This document shows positions 17,680 to 26,856 of a DNA stretch of 35,781 nucleotides, piece by piece; the first letter of the stretch is position 1; each line of letters begins with the position of its first letter. The notes below the pieces were generated by a model that saw only the letters and a list, made by a program, of their open reading frames with translations, did no database searches and was not told the origin of the DNA. The position numbers and the translations under genes were made by a program. The stretch is taken from the sequence record DRR723986_2438; one strand, written 5' to 3'.

Positions 17680-18513
17680 ATGAAAAATATTCTTCTACTT
17701 ACAGAATTTTCAGATAACTCAATAAATGCTATACACTATGCCTTAAAATTGTTTAGTGGTGATTCTTGTAATTTCTTTGTATTGCATGTAGAGACAGCTA
17801 ACGCTTATTTAAGTGATGACTTAATGGCTGCAGGAAATCAAAGTATTTATGATTCGTTAGTTAAAAAACCTAAAGACAAATTAGCACACCTTACAACTCA
17901 ACTGAAACGAAAAGCAGAACAAGAAGACTTTAATATTGAAATGCTGATTGATCACGATGGTTTTATTGATGCCATTAAACAAGTAACTAAGGCCAAAGAA
18001 ATTGAACTCATTGTTATGGGTACTAATGGTGTCACCGGAGCTAAAGAGGTTGTGTTTGGAAGTAACACTATTAATGTGATACGAAAAGTTGATTGTCCAA
18101 CTCTTGTTATACCCGAAGCTTTTGAATATCAAAATCCGGAGCAAATATTATTACCTCTAGATTTTCAAGACGCTTTAGATAGTGATGCATTCCATAATGT
18201 ATTAGATTATGTAAAAAACTTTGGCAAAAAACTTCATCTTGTTAGGATTAACTCAGATATAGAGGATTCTAAAGAATCCCAAAAGGATGAAACACAAATA
18301 AATATATCCTTAGATAATTTAGACCATGAATATCATATGGTTAACAATATACCAATGCCTCATGTAGTAGACTCTTATGTACAAATTAATAACATAGATT
18401 TAATAACACTATTAGTACAAAGAGAAAGTCTATTTGAGCGATTTTTTATTGGCTCAACAACCTCTAAAATTAGTAATAAACTAAGAGTTCCACTACTCGT
18501 CTTTCACTCCTAA
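17680..18513 (+). CDS. Universal stress protein (tandem USP domains)
   Basis: MKNILLLTEFSDNS, MGTNG-x9-GSNT, CPTLVIP. Confidence 0.93.
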   Translation: MKNILLLTEFSDNSINAIHYALKLFSGDSCNFFVLHVETANAYLSDDLMAAGNQSIYDSLVKKPKDKLAHLTTQLKRKAEQEDFNIEMLIDHDGFIDAIKQVTKAKEIELIVMGTNGVTGAKEVVFGSNTINVIRKVDCPTLVIPEAFEYQNPEQILLPLDFQDALDSDAFHNVLDYVKNFGKKLHLVRINSDIEDSKESQKDETQINISLDNLDHEYHMVNNIPMPHVVDSYVQINNIDLITLLVQRESLFERFFIGSTTSKISNKLRVPLLVFHS

Positions 18514-18608
18514 ATTTATAGGATTCTAAAAAAATAGAACTCAAAAGCGAGCGGAATAGAAATTGGTAACTAAACATTGATACTGTTTTTTAAACAAATA
18601 ATCATAAT

Positions 18609-19271
18609 TTAGTCAAGTTCTTCTTCAATAGGCTCTAGTGCCTTAATATTTAATAAGTGTTGTTCTTCTAATACCGCGATAATTAACGTCACATAATCCC
18701 TTACCGTGGATTCTATAGATTGAGGGTCTACAATATCTACATAGCTTTTCCACAACAACTCTCTATCTTTTGTAGGACAAATACAGTACATACTCGTTTC
18801 AGCATGATATACCTTATATTCTTCATAATACTCTGGATTGTAAAACACATCCTGGTAACGAAGGTAATCTTCTTTAAATCTAACGAATGTCTCATCATAC
18901 ACATCAAAGTTTTTAGTGTATGCGATTTTGTCTTCAATACCAATAACCTTAGAAAACATAACCGTATCAAACCCGTCATTAATCAGGTCTTTTTCCAATT
19001 TCAACAAATCATCCTCCGTTAACTTTTCGGTTTTAAATGAAGGTTTAAAATAGGCAATACTCGTATGTACCTCAGCACCTCTCATCTCTAATTGCTCTTT
19101 CAGCTTATCTTCATATTTTTGTCTCGCTGCAATATTTGATGTTAACCCAACAACTAAAATTTTGGATGGTGCATAGGTATCTATGTCTGGGTTTTTCCAT
19201 TGATTGATAAGCTTTGTAGATGCACAACTTACCAGTAAAAAAGCCAGTAATAATGCAAATGTGTATTTCAT
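18609..19271 (-). CDS. Hypothetical lipoprotein
   Basis: LLVSC lipobox; 220 aa ORF co-oriented with upstream genes. Confidence 0.8.
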   Translation of the reverse strand: MKYTFALLLAFLLVSCASTKLINQWKNPDIDTYAPSKILVVGLTSNIAARQKYEDKLKEQLEMRGAEVHTSIAYFKPSFKTEKLTEDDLLKLEKDLINDGFDTVMFSKVIGIEDKIAYTKNFDVYDETFVRFKEDYLRYQDVFYNPEYYEEYKVYHAETSMYCICPTKDRELLWKSYVDIVDPQSIESTVRDYVTLIIAVLEEQHLLNIKALEPIEEELD

Positions 19272-19281
19272 GGTATTGTAG

Positions 19282-19731
19282 CTATTCCTTGCTTATGAGG
19301 TGTTTTTGTTTGCTCTCTTTCATTACAACTTTTATTAAATCGAAAAGTTTCATTTTTAGTGTTTGGTTTCGTTTCTTAAACTCACTTATAAGCTCTATTA
19401 AATTTCGATGTTCATTTCTATAGGCTGTTTCTTCCTCAATTTCATCAATGCCATCTAGCATAATTGTTAATTCTCTTTCGTGCGATTTTACAGCATTAAT
19501 CAAAGTCTGTGTTTGCTTTACAATTTTTGTTAGCTTTTCAATTAATTTTTTACTGACTTCAAAATGCTTATTATCTAGGATTTGAAGTGTATAAGATCTA
19601 ATTAGGTCTTCAAAAAATAGTTGTTCTTCTTTACAAAATTCTAATTCGGATAACCATTTTTTAGACTCATAGTGCATTTCATCTGCACTTAACCATTCGG
19701 TATGCTTTGCGTTAGTATGTATTGTTTTCAT
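19282..19731 (-). CDS. Hypothetical alpha-helical protein
   Basis: 149 aa, charged helical pattern, W.SELEF..EE..FF motif, several His/Glu. Confidence 0.8.
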   Translation of the reverse strand: MKTIHTNAKHTEWLSADEMHYESKKWLSELEFCKEEQLFFEDLIRSYTLQILDNKHFEVSKKLIEKLTKIVKQTQTLINAVKSHERELTIMLDGIDEIEEETAYRNEHRNLIELISEFKKRNQTLKMKLFDLIKVVMKESKQKHLISKE

Positions 19732-19743
19732 GGTAATAAATTT

Positions 19744-19784
19744 AAAAAAGCAGAGTACATACCTTTAACCATGCACTCTGCTTT
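19744..19784 (-). terminator. Intrinsic terminator downstream of hsp20
   Basis: Minus strand AAAGCAGAGTGCAT-10nt-ATGTACTCTGCTTTTTT; the mismatch is a G-U pair only on the minus strand. Confidence 0.8.
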
Positions 19785-19798
19785 GATTAATTGAATTT

Positions 19799-20251
19799 TT
19801 ACATCACCTCAATTACTTTTTTAGGCTGTTCTTTTGCTTCTTCTTTTTTAAGAAGATTTAACTTAAGAATACCATTTTTGTAGGTTGCTTTAACTTCCTG
19901 ATCTGTGTTTACCGTTTTAGGTAATGCTAATGATCTTTTAAATGAATTGTAACTGAACTCTTTACGTGTGTAATCTTCCTCTTTTTCTTCAAGTTCTTGT
20001 TTTTTCTCACCACAAACATTAAGAATATTATCATCTATGGTTACTTCAAAATCTTTTTTAGAAAAACCAGGAGCTGCAAATTCAATTTCAAAATCATTCT
20101 CATGTTCTTTAACATTCATCGCAGGCATTAAGCTATCTTCTTCAAAAAAGTCATTGTTAAAAAAATCGTCGCTGCTTAAAAAACTTTTTAAGCTGTCATT
20201 TGTCCATGATGGAAACAAACGTTTTCTGTTGTTAAATTTAATTAGTGACAT
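19799..20251 (-). CDS. Hsp20/alpha-crystallin small heat shock protein
   Basis: PAMNVKE, APGFSKKDF, EFSYNSFKRSLALP, ATYKNGILKL. Confidence 0.96.
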   Translation of the reverse strand: MSLIKFNNRKRLFPSWTNDSLKSFLSSDDFFNNDFFEEDSLMPAMNVKEHENDFEIEFAAPGFSKKDFEVTIDDNILNVCGEKKQELEEKEEDYTRKEFSYNSFKRSLALPKTVNTDQEVKATYKNGILKLNLLKKEEAKEQPKKVIEVM

Positions 20252-20292
20252 TGTTTTAAATTTTTGTTGTTAAACTTCATTGTTCAATATCC

Positions 20293-20336
20293 CTAATTTA
20301 CTGACAGTGTGTGTATTTTGAAATGATATTAATCAG
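20293..20336 (-). promoter_or_regulatory. FNR-like box + -7 element (hsp20)
   Basis: cTGAttaataTCAt (20335-20324), 23 nt, TAAATTAG (20300-20293). Confidence 0.8.
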
Positions 20337-20357
20337 TTTAGCAATTGCATTATACTT

Positions 20358-21731
20358 TTAAATCACTAATTTATCAACATCCGTTAGCTTCGGAATTTTT
20401 ACATGCCAACCATAGGTATCCTTAATCTTTACTCTAAAAGCATCTAAGGCTATAGGCTCACCGTGAATTAAATAGACCGTCTCTGGTATATTCTTAATAT
20501 TTGACATCCAATTGAGTAAATCTTCTTGATCGGCATGTGCCGATAAACTTTCAATATTCTTAATAGTAGCTTTAACGGGATAGTATTTACCAAAAAACCG
20601 TATTTCGTGTGCTCCCTCTTGCAATAGCCTACCTCTTGTTCCTTCAGCTTGATAACCAACTAACAAAACCGTAGTTGAAGGTTCATCAATAAGTTGCTTT
20701 AAGTATGTGAGGACGCGTCCACCTGTAACCATACCGCTACCTGCAATCACAATTTTAGAGCGTTTATCATCTATGGTTTCCCATGTTTCTCTATAGGATT
20801 CTACAATATTAACGTGATCACACATGGCATAATACTCTTCTGTAGATAATTTGTGCCATTTGGGAAATCGTTTAAAAACTTCTAAAACATTGTGGCCCAT
20901 TGGGCTATCTATAAAAATTGGAATGTCAGGAATTTTACGTTTTTTATAGAGCTGCCAAAGGATATACATTAATGTTTGCAAGCGCTCTACAGCAAAACTT
21001 GGTATAATTAAATTACCTCTTTTATGAATGGTTTCATTTATAATTTCAGTTAACACCTCTTCTACATCTTCATCTGGGTGCAACTTATTACCATAAGTAC
21101 TTTCTACAAATAAAAAATCTGCCCATTCTGGTGTTTTGGGATCATTTAGTAGATAATCATTTCGTCTACCTATATCTCCAGAAAAAACAAGTCTCTTACC
21201 GTTTATATCTAGTTCAATAAAAGTTGCTCCAATAATATGACCATTATACTGAAATCTATAAGATATATGATCAGACAAATGCACCCATTTACCTTCAATT
21301 TCTGCATGAAATAGTTTAATGGTATCTTCAGCTTCTTTTATAGTATAAAAAGGTAATGCAAGCTTGTGCCTGGTGTATTTTTCTCTATTAGCTTTTTCTG
21401 CTTCTTCCTCGTGTATTTTAGCACTATCATTAAGAATAATCTTGGCAATAGCCAATGTAGGTGAAGTTCCTATAATTTTTCCCCTAAAACCTTGTTTAAA
21501 TAGCCTTGGTAAATAGCCTACATGATCTAAATGACCATGTGTTAAAAGCACCACATCTATTGCTTTTACATCTATAGGAAGATTGACCCAATTTAGTTCT
21601 CGCAGCTCTTTAAGACCTTGAAACATACCGCAATCAATAAGTATATTCTTCTCGGATGTTTCAATTAAAAATTTTGAACCTGTGACAACACCAGACGCTC
21701 CTAAAAAATTGACTTTTATAAAATTATCCAT
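20358..21731 (-). CDS. MBL-fold beta-CASP ribonuclease
   Basis: LIDCGMFQG, THGHLDH, GHIIG, FSGDIG, VESTYG, SAHAD. Confidence 0.93.
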   Translation of the reverse strand: MDNFIKVNFLGASGVVTGSKFLIETSEKNILIDCGMFQGLKELRELNWVNLPIDVKAIDVVLLTHGHLDHVGYLPRLFKQGFRGKIIGTSPTLAIAKIILNDSAKIHEEEAEKANREKYTRHKLALPFYTIKEAEDTIKLFHAEIEGKWVHLSDHISYRFQYNGHIIGATFIELDINGKRLVFSGDIGRRNDYLLNDPKTPEWADFLFVESTYGNKLHPDEDVEEVLTEIINETIHKRGNLIIPSFAVERLQTLMYILWQLYKKRKIPDIPIFIDSPMGHNVLEVFKRFPKWHKLSTEEYYAMCDHVNIVESYRETWETIDDKRSKIVIAGSGMVTGGRVLTYLKQLIDEPSTTVLLVGYQAEGTRGRLLQEGAHEIRFFGKYYPVKATIKNIESLSAHADQEDLLNWMSNIKNIPETVYLIHGEPIALDAFRVKIKDTYGWHVKIPKLTDVDKLVI

Positions 21732-21733
21732 GA

Positions 21734-22585
21734 CTAATGATTTTGTATAGCACAGAGTTGTGATATTTCTTTTAATATCTTTTCTTTTCTTACTTCTGAG
21801 ACTCCTAAATGGTCTAAATAGAATTTATCATGTATCAATTCTCGGCATAGCACTACATTTCTACTTAATAAAAACTGCTTTTCTCTTGCTGTAAGAAGTG
21901 TAGAGACAGTTATTGGATATAAACCAAGTCGGTCTATTCTATCCTTTAAAGCATTGTTTTCTGGATAATCCCAGCTAAGCAAATAAAGGCCGCAACAATT
22001 ACTGTATTGTATAGCATCTTCGGTAAATCTTGTATTAGTAACAACCCATCCTTGAATTAACGATGTTCCATTTTTAGGATTTGTATTCCAATATGCTTTT
22101 ACATCTTCGTAACGAGAATTAATATATAATGGCACTTTAACATTACAATTGATGCCCTGCTCACCATGAAATTTACACTCAACTATTGTAGTTTCTTCAT
22201 CTTTGTGTGCCACGACGTCAATTTCGTGAGTGACACACTTACCTTGTAATACAGACCCTATACTTACCTTGTAGCCTGAATATTTTAAAATAGCACCTAC
22301 GAAGCGTTCAAAAGGAAAACCAGTTGGTCCCAGCTCATAAATAGCCTTCTTTAGTTTATACTTTGAGGCAAAGTAACTCTTCTTTTTTTTAAGCAAAGCA
22401 AATGCCCTATTATAAATTTCTTTTGTTGTAATACCTTGATAGAGCTCATCTCTTACCTTGTCAATAATTTGATCTACAGTCTGTTTATCTGCACCAGTGC
22501 GTTTTAATGATGCTCGTAGCTTGGTAAGTGAAAATTTAACGCGTTCACCTGATGATTTTGTAATATCAAAATTTTCATTTTCCAT
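21734..22585 (-). CDS. ATP-cone domain + Mrr-like PD-(D/E)xK nuclease-fold protein
   Basis: ITKSSGERVKFS..KL..SL (ATP cone); GFPFERFV, EIDVVA...VECKFH, VVTNTRFT; ATG start at 22585. Confidence 0.85.
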   Translation of the reverse strand: MENENFDITKSSGERVKFSLTKLRASLKRTGADKQTVDQIIDKVRDELYQGITTKEIYNRAFALLKKKKSYFASKYKLKKAIYELGPTGFPFERFVGAILKYSGYKVSIGSVLQGKCVTHEIDVVAHKDEETTIVECKFHGEQGINCNVKVPLYINSRYEDVKAYWNTNPKNGTSLIQGWVVTNTRFTEDAIQYSNCCGLYLLSWDYPENNALKDRIDRLGLYPITVSTLLTAREKQFLLSRNVVLCRELIHDKFYLDHLGVSEVRKEKILKEISQLCAIQNH

Positions 22586-22598
22586 AACTCTTGATTTT

Positions 22599-22635
22599 AA
22601 AAAAACTGCCAAAACAAAATTTATTCTGGCAGTTT
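22599..22635 (-). terminator. Intrinsic terminator-like hairpin inside the operon
   Basis: Minus strand AAACTGCCAGAAT...GTTTTGGCAGTTTTTTT with G-U pairs and a U tract. Confidence 0.7.
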
Positions 22636-22664
22636 CAAACTAACTAATAAAAATTGTTGAAGAA

Positions 22665-23072
22665 TTAACTCAACTTAAAGTAATCTCTCACCCAAGCTTT
22701 TATTTGATTATCTGTCATGCTATCAGCTTTAACCACGTCTTTAACCTTGGATGCGAGTGCTCCGTAATTGGATTTTAGTTCTTTATTAAACTTTTGATTT
22801 GTGCTTGCTGGTCCAAAAATCACCAATGCATCTGTATCATTTATTTTATCTGCTACGTCTTTAAAATATTGCTTAAGTTGATGTTTTTCACGCTCCAGAT
22901 ATTTACTGTCTTTTATAACATCTTGTGGTCCACTTTTAAACCGTTGGCCAGATCCGCCTTTAGCCTTGTAATACTTCATATCAGATGTTATAGTTAAAAA
23001 TTCTTCAACACCATTATCTATATGGATTATATGTGCTTTGTCTTTGTCTATCCAGACTCCTGTATATTTCAT
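22665..23072 (-). CDS. Small protein resembling a stand-alone baeRF/aeRF1-like (host-attachment-like) domain
   Basis: GVWIDKDKAHII beta strand, Gly-rich loop, YFKDVADKI helix, LVIFGPA motif; fold assignment is by eye. Confidence 0.6.
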   Translation of the reverse strand: MKYTGVWIDKDKAHIIHIDNGVEEFLTITSDMKYYKAKGGSGQRFKSGPQDVIKDSKYLEREKHQLKQYFKDVADKINDTDALVIFGPASTNQKFNKELKSNYGALASKVKDVVKADSMTDNQIKAWVRDYFKLS

Positions 23073-23084
23073 GATGATATATTT

Positions 23085-23939
23085 TTAGTTTCTTAAATCG
23101 TGCATTGCTAAAATTGGAACATTTAAATGAAATGAAATTTCCTTCACCAATGGGCTCGTAAGAATGCTACCAAAAAACGTATGTTTTCTATTAATAAAAG
23201 CTACCATATCACTGTCTCTACTTTCAACAAAAAGGTTTACCGCAGTTATCACTGAGTTATTAGAAAGTGTGTGGAATTTATATTTGGTGTCTTGTAAAAT
23301 TTCTTCCAAAAGCTCTTTACTCTCTTTTTGGTTATCGTCTAATTGTTCTTGTTCTTTTACATATAGTACAATTATATCAGCATCACTTTTTTTAGCAATA
23401 TCAGTAAGATAAATTAGCTCTCTTCTTTTGTAGTAGGTTTTAAATCCTGTAGGAAAAACAATCTCCTTTGGTAATTTTAATTCTGCTTTTTGTGGCACCA
23501 CAATTACTGGACAGTTACGTACTTTTTCCATGACATAAATTGCTGTACTACCAAAAGCCGTTGATCTTGAGTAAGTTTCGCCTTTGGTGCCCATAATTAT
23601 CATTTCAATATCTTTTTTATCTACTACAAGCTTAATGGCATCTATGGTATTATTGAACATTGAGATGGTCTTAAATTGATGTTTGGCATCACTTTTTTCT
23701 CTTAATATAAGTTTCTCTAAAACCTTAGCAAGTCCATTTTCTGAATCCCATTTTTTGGTTTCATACAGTTCACTACCAGGTTCTAAATTCATTAAACTTT
23801 CCATAACCTTGCCTGTAACAGAAAACACGTTTAGTATATAAAAATCAGTGGCCTGATCTTTATATAATTCTGTGGCATAATTAATGGCATGCCAAGCATT
23901 ATCTGAAAAATCTGTAGGTAATAAAACTTTATGTCTCAT
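23085..23939 (-). CDS. Universal stress protein
   Basis: VLLPTDFSDNA, MGTKG-x9-GST, CPVIVVP. Confidence 0.93.
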   Translation of the reverse strand: MRHKVLLPTDFSDNAWHAINYATELYKDQATDFYILNVFSVTGKVMESLMNLEPGSELYETKKWDSENGLAKVLEKLILREKSDAKHQFKTISMFNNTIDAIKLVVDKKDIEMIIMGTKGETYSRSTAFGSTAIYVMEKVRNCPVIVVPQKAELKLPKEIVFPTGFKTYYKRRELIYLTDIAKKSDADIIVLYVKEQEQLDDNQKESKELLEEILQDTKYKFHTLSNNSVITAVNLFVESRDSDMVAFINRKHTFFGSILTSPLVKEISFHLNVPILAMHDLRN

Positions 23940-23969
23940 GATATTAGATTTTAATATTATTTAGGTTAA

Positions 23970-24806
23970 CTACTCCTCTATTGATGGAATAACAAAAAAT
24001 GGCACGGTTGCATGAAAGCCTAATTTCTTAATGACAGGTTCACTTATAATACTTTCCATGAAACTGTGCTCATAATTAATCATAACCAAAATATTAATAT
24101 GAAGCTCATTAATAAAATCAATGATAGCACTTGATTTGTTGGTATAATCTGGCATCCAATGAAATGTGTGCGGATAATTCTCTAGGTACGTTTTTAGCAT
24201 CGCCAAATTATAGTTTTGTATATGACTCAAGTTTTTTTCTTCATTAATATGTAGCACTCTTATCTTTGAATTGTATAAGTTCGCTAATTCTTTCAGGGGC
24301 AACAATTCTTCACCATAAAACCTATTAAAATCTGTAGGGAAAGCAATTTGCTTAGGCTCTTCATATTCGTATTCATTAGGAATTAAGAGAATTGGGCAAG
24401 TTTTAATATGTTTAATAATTTTCACCGTATTACTACCAAAAAATATTTCTTTTGCTCCGGTAGCACCTTTGGTACCCATTACAATAAAATCAATATTATG
24501 CCTATTGATGGCTCTCTCAATGGCCTCATCCATGGCATTGACACTTAAAATAATATCAAACTCATGATTTGCATTGGCATCTGCTGTTTCTGCCATTTGT
24601 TTAAGTTCTATAAGCTCATTTTTAGCCTGATCTACCATAATATTCAATAATTTGTTTGAAAAATTAGACATTGTAGAAGCCTTCATTTTTGTAGAGTGTA
24701 GAAAATAGAAATTACATTCCTCATCGGCGTAAAGCTTTAAGGCATATACTGCTGCGCACCACGCATTGTCAGAAAAATCCGTTGGTATTAGTATATTTTT
24801 TCTCAT
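23970..24806 (-). CDS. Universal stress protein
   Basis: ILIPTDFSDNA, MGTKG-x9-GSNT, CPILLIP. Confidence 0.93.
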   Translation of the reverse strand: MRKNILIPTDFSDNAWCAAVYALKLYADEECNFYFLHSTKMKASTMSNFSNKLLNIMVDQAKNELIELKQMAETADANANHEFDIILSVNAMDEAIERAINRHNIDFIVMGTKGATGAKEIFFGSNTVKIIKHIKTCPILLIPNEYEYEEPKQIAFPTDFNRFYGEELLPLKELANLYNSKIRVLHINEEKNLSHIQNYNLAMLKTYLENYPHTFHWMPDYTNKSSAIIDFINELHINILVMINYEHSFMESIISEPVIKKLGFHATVPFFVIPSIEE

Positions 24807-24829
24807 GGCTAAAATCTTTAATTATAGTA

Positions 24830-24873
24830 GAAATTTAAGACTAACATTTAGCGTATGAAATGATATTAATCAG
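24830..24873 (-). promoter_or_regulatory. FNR-like box + -7 element (usp 24806 operon)
   Basis: cTGAttaataTCAt (24872-24861), 23 nt, TAAATTTC (24837-24830). Confidence 0.8.
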
Positions 24874-24877
24874 TGTA

Positions 24878-25723
24878 CTACTTTAGTTTTGAAGGAATTA
24901 CCAAGAACGGAACATTTAGGTTAAAACCTATTTGTCGGATGGTTGATTTAAAGAATAAGTTTTCAAAAAATGAATGTTTATTGTTAATCATCACCAATAA
25001 ATTAATACGTGCTTTCATTTGAAATTGGGTAATCGCCTCGGGAATATTTTGATTCTTAACTTTGTGAAACAAGTGTGCTATTGTTTTAAAATAGTTTTCA
25101 AGTTTACCTTTATTATCTTTTTGTTTTTCAGACAAACCTTCTCCATAATACACATGTAAAATATTAACACGAATATTATACAAATTTGCAATATCTATGA
25201 TAGGTTGCACGTGCTGGTCTTTAAATTCTACCTCGTAATCCGAAGGAAATAACAACTCATGTGGAGTTTCAAAATTAAAATCACTTGGAACTGCAATTAC
25301 AGGACATTTGGCTTTATTAAGCACATGTACGGTATTAGAACCAAATAGTACTTCCTTTACTCCAGATGCGCCTTTTGCACCCATGATAATAAGATCCATG
25401 GAGTTGCCATCGTACAAGTCATTAATCTCAGCTGTTAGTGTGTTAAATGAAGATATTTTAGCAAAGACGTGGTTAGAATTAGGAAACTCTGATTCTATGC
25501 GTTCCACTAAATCATTTAATTTTTTCTTTGAAGTTTCTTTAACAGCTTCCATAACCTGAAGTTGTGGAGAACTGGCTTGCATATACTCAAACTGATATAT
25601 GATAGGAGTATACGTGTTTAACAGTGTAAATGTACATTTCTCATTCTTAAACAACTGTAATCCATATTTTATAGCATTCCAGGAATTATCAGAAAAATCC
25701 GTTGGTAATAATACTCTTTTCAT
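24878..25723 (-). CDS. Universal stress protein
   Basis: VLLPTDFSDNS, MGAKG-x9-GSNT, CPVIAVP. Confidence 0.93.
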   Translation of the reverse strand: MKRVLLPTDFSDNSWNAIKYGLQLFKNEKCTFTLLNTYTPIIYQFEYMQASSPQLQVMEAVKETSKKKLNDLVERIESEFPNSNHVFAKISSFNTLTAEINDLYDGNSMDLIIMGAKGASGVKEVLFGSNTVHVLNKAKCPVIAVPSDFNFETPHELLFPSDYEVEFKDQHVQPIIDIANLYNIRVNILHVYYGEGLSEKQKDNKGKLENYFKTIAHLFHKVKNQNIPEAITQFQMKARINLLVMINNKHSFFENLFFKSTIRQIGFNLNVPFLVIPSKLK

Positions 25724-25734
25724 AGTCGTTAATT

Positions 25735-26592
25735 TTAAGTTATCTGATAGCGTCTTATATTTTGTAATGCCAGAAATGGTATATCTATATTAAGGCCTAC
25801 TTTATCAATTTTAGACTCAAATAATAAATTTTCTAAAAATGAGTGCCTTGTATTTACCATTACTAACATGTCTATCTCATTTTCTTTTATGTATGTATAA
25901 ATAGCATTTGTAAAACTCTTATCATTAATAGTCTTAAAATTGAGTTGATTTTTACATAATTCCTCTTGTATAAATGCTTTATTATCTTCTTGTCTCAGTG
26001 AGAGTTTACCAGTTTTAGATATGTAAAGTACATCTACGATGGCTCTGTATGGAGCTGCTAATTCGCATAATAACTTCAACTCCCTTCTGTTATAAGGAAT
26101 TAAATAATTGGTTGCAAACAGAATATGTCTTGGTTGTATGCCTTTGAAATTTTCTGGAATAGCCAATACAGGACACTGTACATATTTTAAAACCTGAAGC
26201 GTATGACTACCAAAAGTTAATTTTCTGTCATTAGTTTCACCACGAGTACCCATTACTATGATATCTATATTTTCTTCGTCCACAATTCTATCTGCTTCGT
26301 CAATTAGCATACTATTAGAAGATACTATATTATAAGTGTGTCTTGGATTTGGAGATATTTTTTTTATTTCTTTTAGAATGCTCTCTAAATTTATTTGAGA
26401 TCTATTACCAATAATCTTAGTAACCTCATCTAAAGTTTCGCGCGTCAATAAATCATCGTCTTGATAAATTTCGTCTTGGTAAGCATGCATAATAAAGAAT
26501 TTACTCTTGTCATATTTAAACAACTCTAAAGCATATTTAAGTGCATTCATTGCATTATCTGAAAAATCTGTAGGCACTAATATTTTTCTCAT
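25735..26592 (-). CDS. Universal stress protein
   Basis: ILVPTDFSDNA, MGTRG-x9-GSHT, CPVLAIP. Confidence 0.93.
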   Translation of the reverse strand: MRKILVPTDFSDNAMNALKYALELFKYDKSKFFIMHAYQDEIYQDDDLLTRETLDEVTKIIGNRSQINLESILKEIKKISPNPRHTYNIVSSNSMLIDEADRIVDEENIDIIVMGTRGETNDRKLTFGSHTLQVLKYVQCPVLAIPENFKGIQPRHILFATNYLIPYNRRELKLLCELAAPYRAIVDVLYISKTGKLSLRQEDNKAFIQEELCKNQLNFKTINDKSFTNAIYTYIKENEIDMLVMVNTRHSFLENLLFESKIDKVGLNIDIPFLALQNIRRYQIT

Positions 26593-26614
26593 GACATTGT
26601 ATTTTCTATTGTTT

Positions 26615-26658
26615 TAAAAATACATCTCAATTATCAGTTAAACTATGATAAATATCAG
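26615..26658 (-). promoter_or_regulatory. FNR-like box + -7 element (usp 26592)
   Basis: cTGAtatttaTCAt (26657-26646), 23 nt, TATTTTTA (26622-26615). Confidence 0.8.
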
Positions 26659-26700
26659 ATGCCGCGATATTTAGAATTAAATTCAGCAAGTTTTTTAGAT

Positions 26701-26734
26701 AAAAAAAGAAGCCAAACTAGCGTTTGGCTTCTTT
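26701..26734 (-). terminator. Intrinsic terminator
   Basis: Perfect 13-bp stem AAAGAAGCCAAAC-gcta-GTTTGGCTTCTTT running into T7 on the minus strand. Confidence 0.88.
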
Positions 26735-26793
26735 CAAAAATTAACTGCAAAACTAATAGAAAACCCCCATTTTCAAATAGTCATACTAAATGC
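26701..26793 (-). ncRNA. Candidate small RNA (~93 nt; 5' end estimated)
   Basis: Own FNR-like box and perfect TACATTTG -7 upstream, strong terminator downstream, only 3- and 5-codon ATG ORFs between. Confidence 0.6.
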
Positions 26794-26798
26794 TAACT

Positions 26799-26842
26799 CA
26801 AATGTATGTAGACATTCACATTTTTAAAATGATATTTATCAT
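26799..26842 (-). promoter_or_regulatory. FNR-like box + -7 element (candidate sRNA)
   Basis: aTGAtaaataTCAt (26841-26830), 23 nt, TACATTTG (26806-26799). Confidence 0.8.
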
Positions 26843-26856
26843 TTTCACTGAGATTC

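Noticed and set aside
21734-22612. Restriction-modification or defence-island call, and the TTG start at 22612
   Set aside because: No methyltransferase or other defence genes nearby; the TTG lies inside the terminator hairpin, so ATG 22585 is preferred
26753-26784. Micro-ORFs MTI* and MGVFY* in the candidate sRNA
   Set aside because: Three and five codons are expected by chance; cannot be excluded without ribosome profiling
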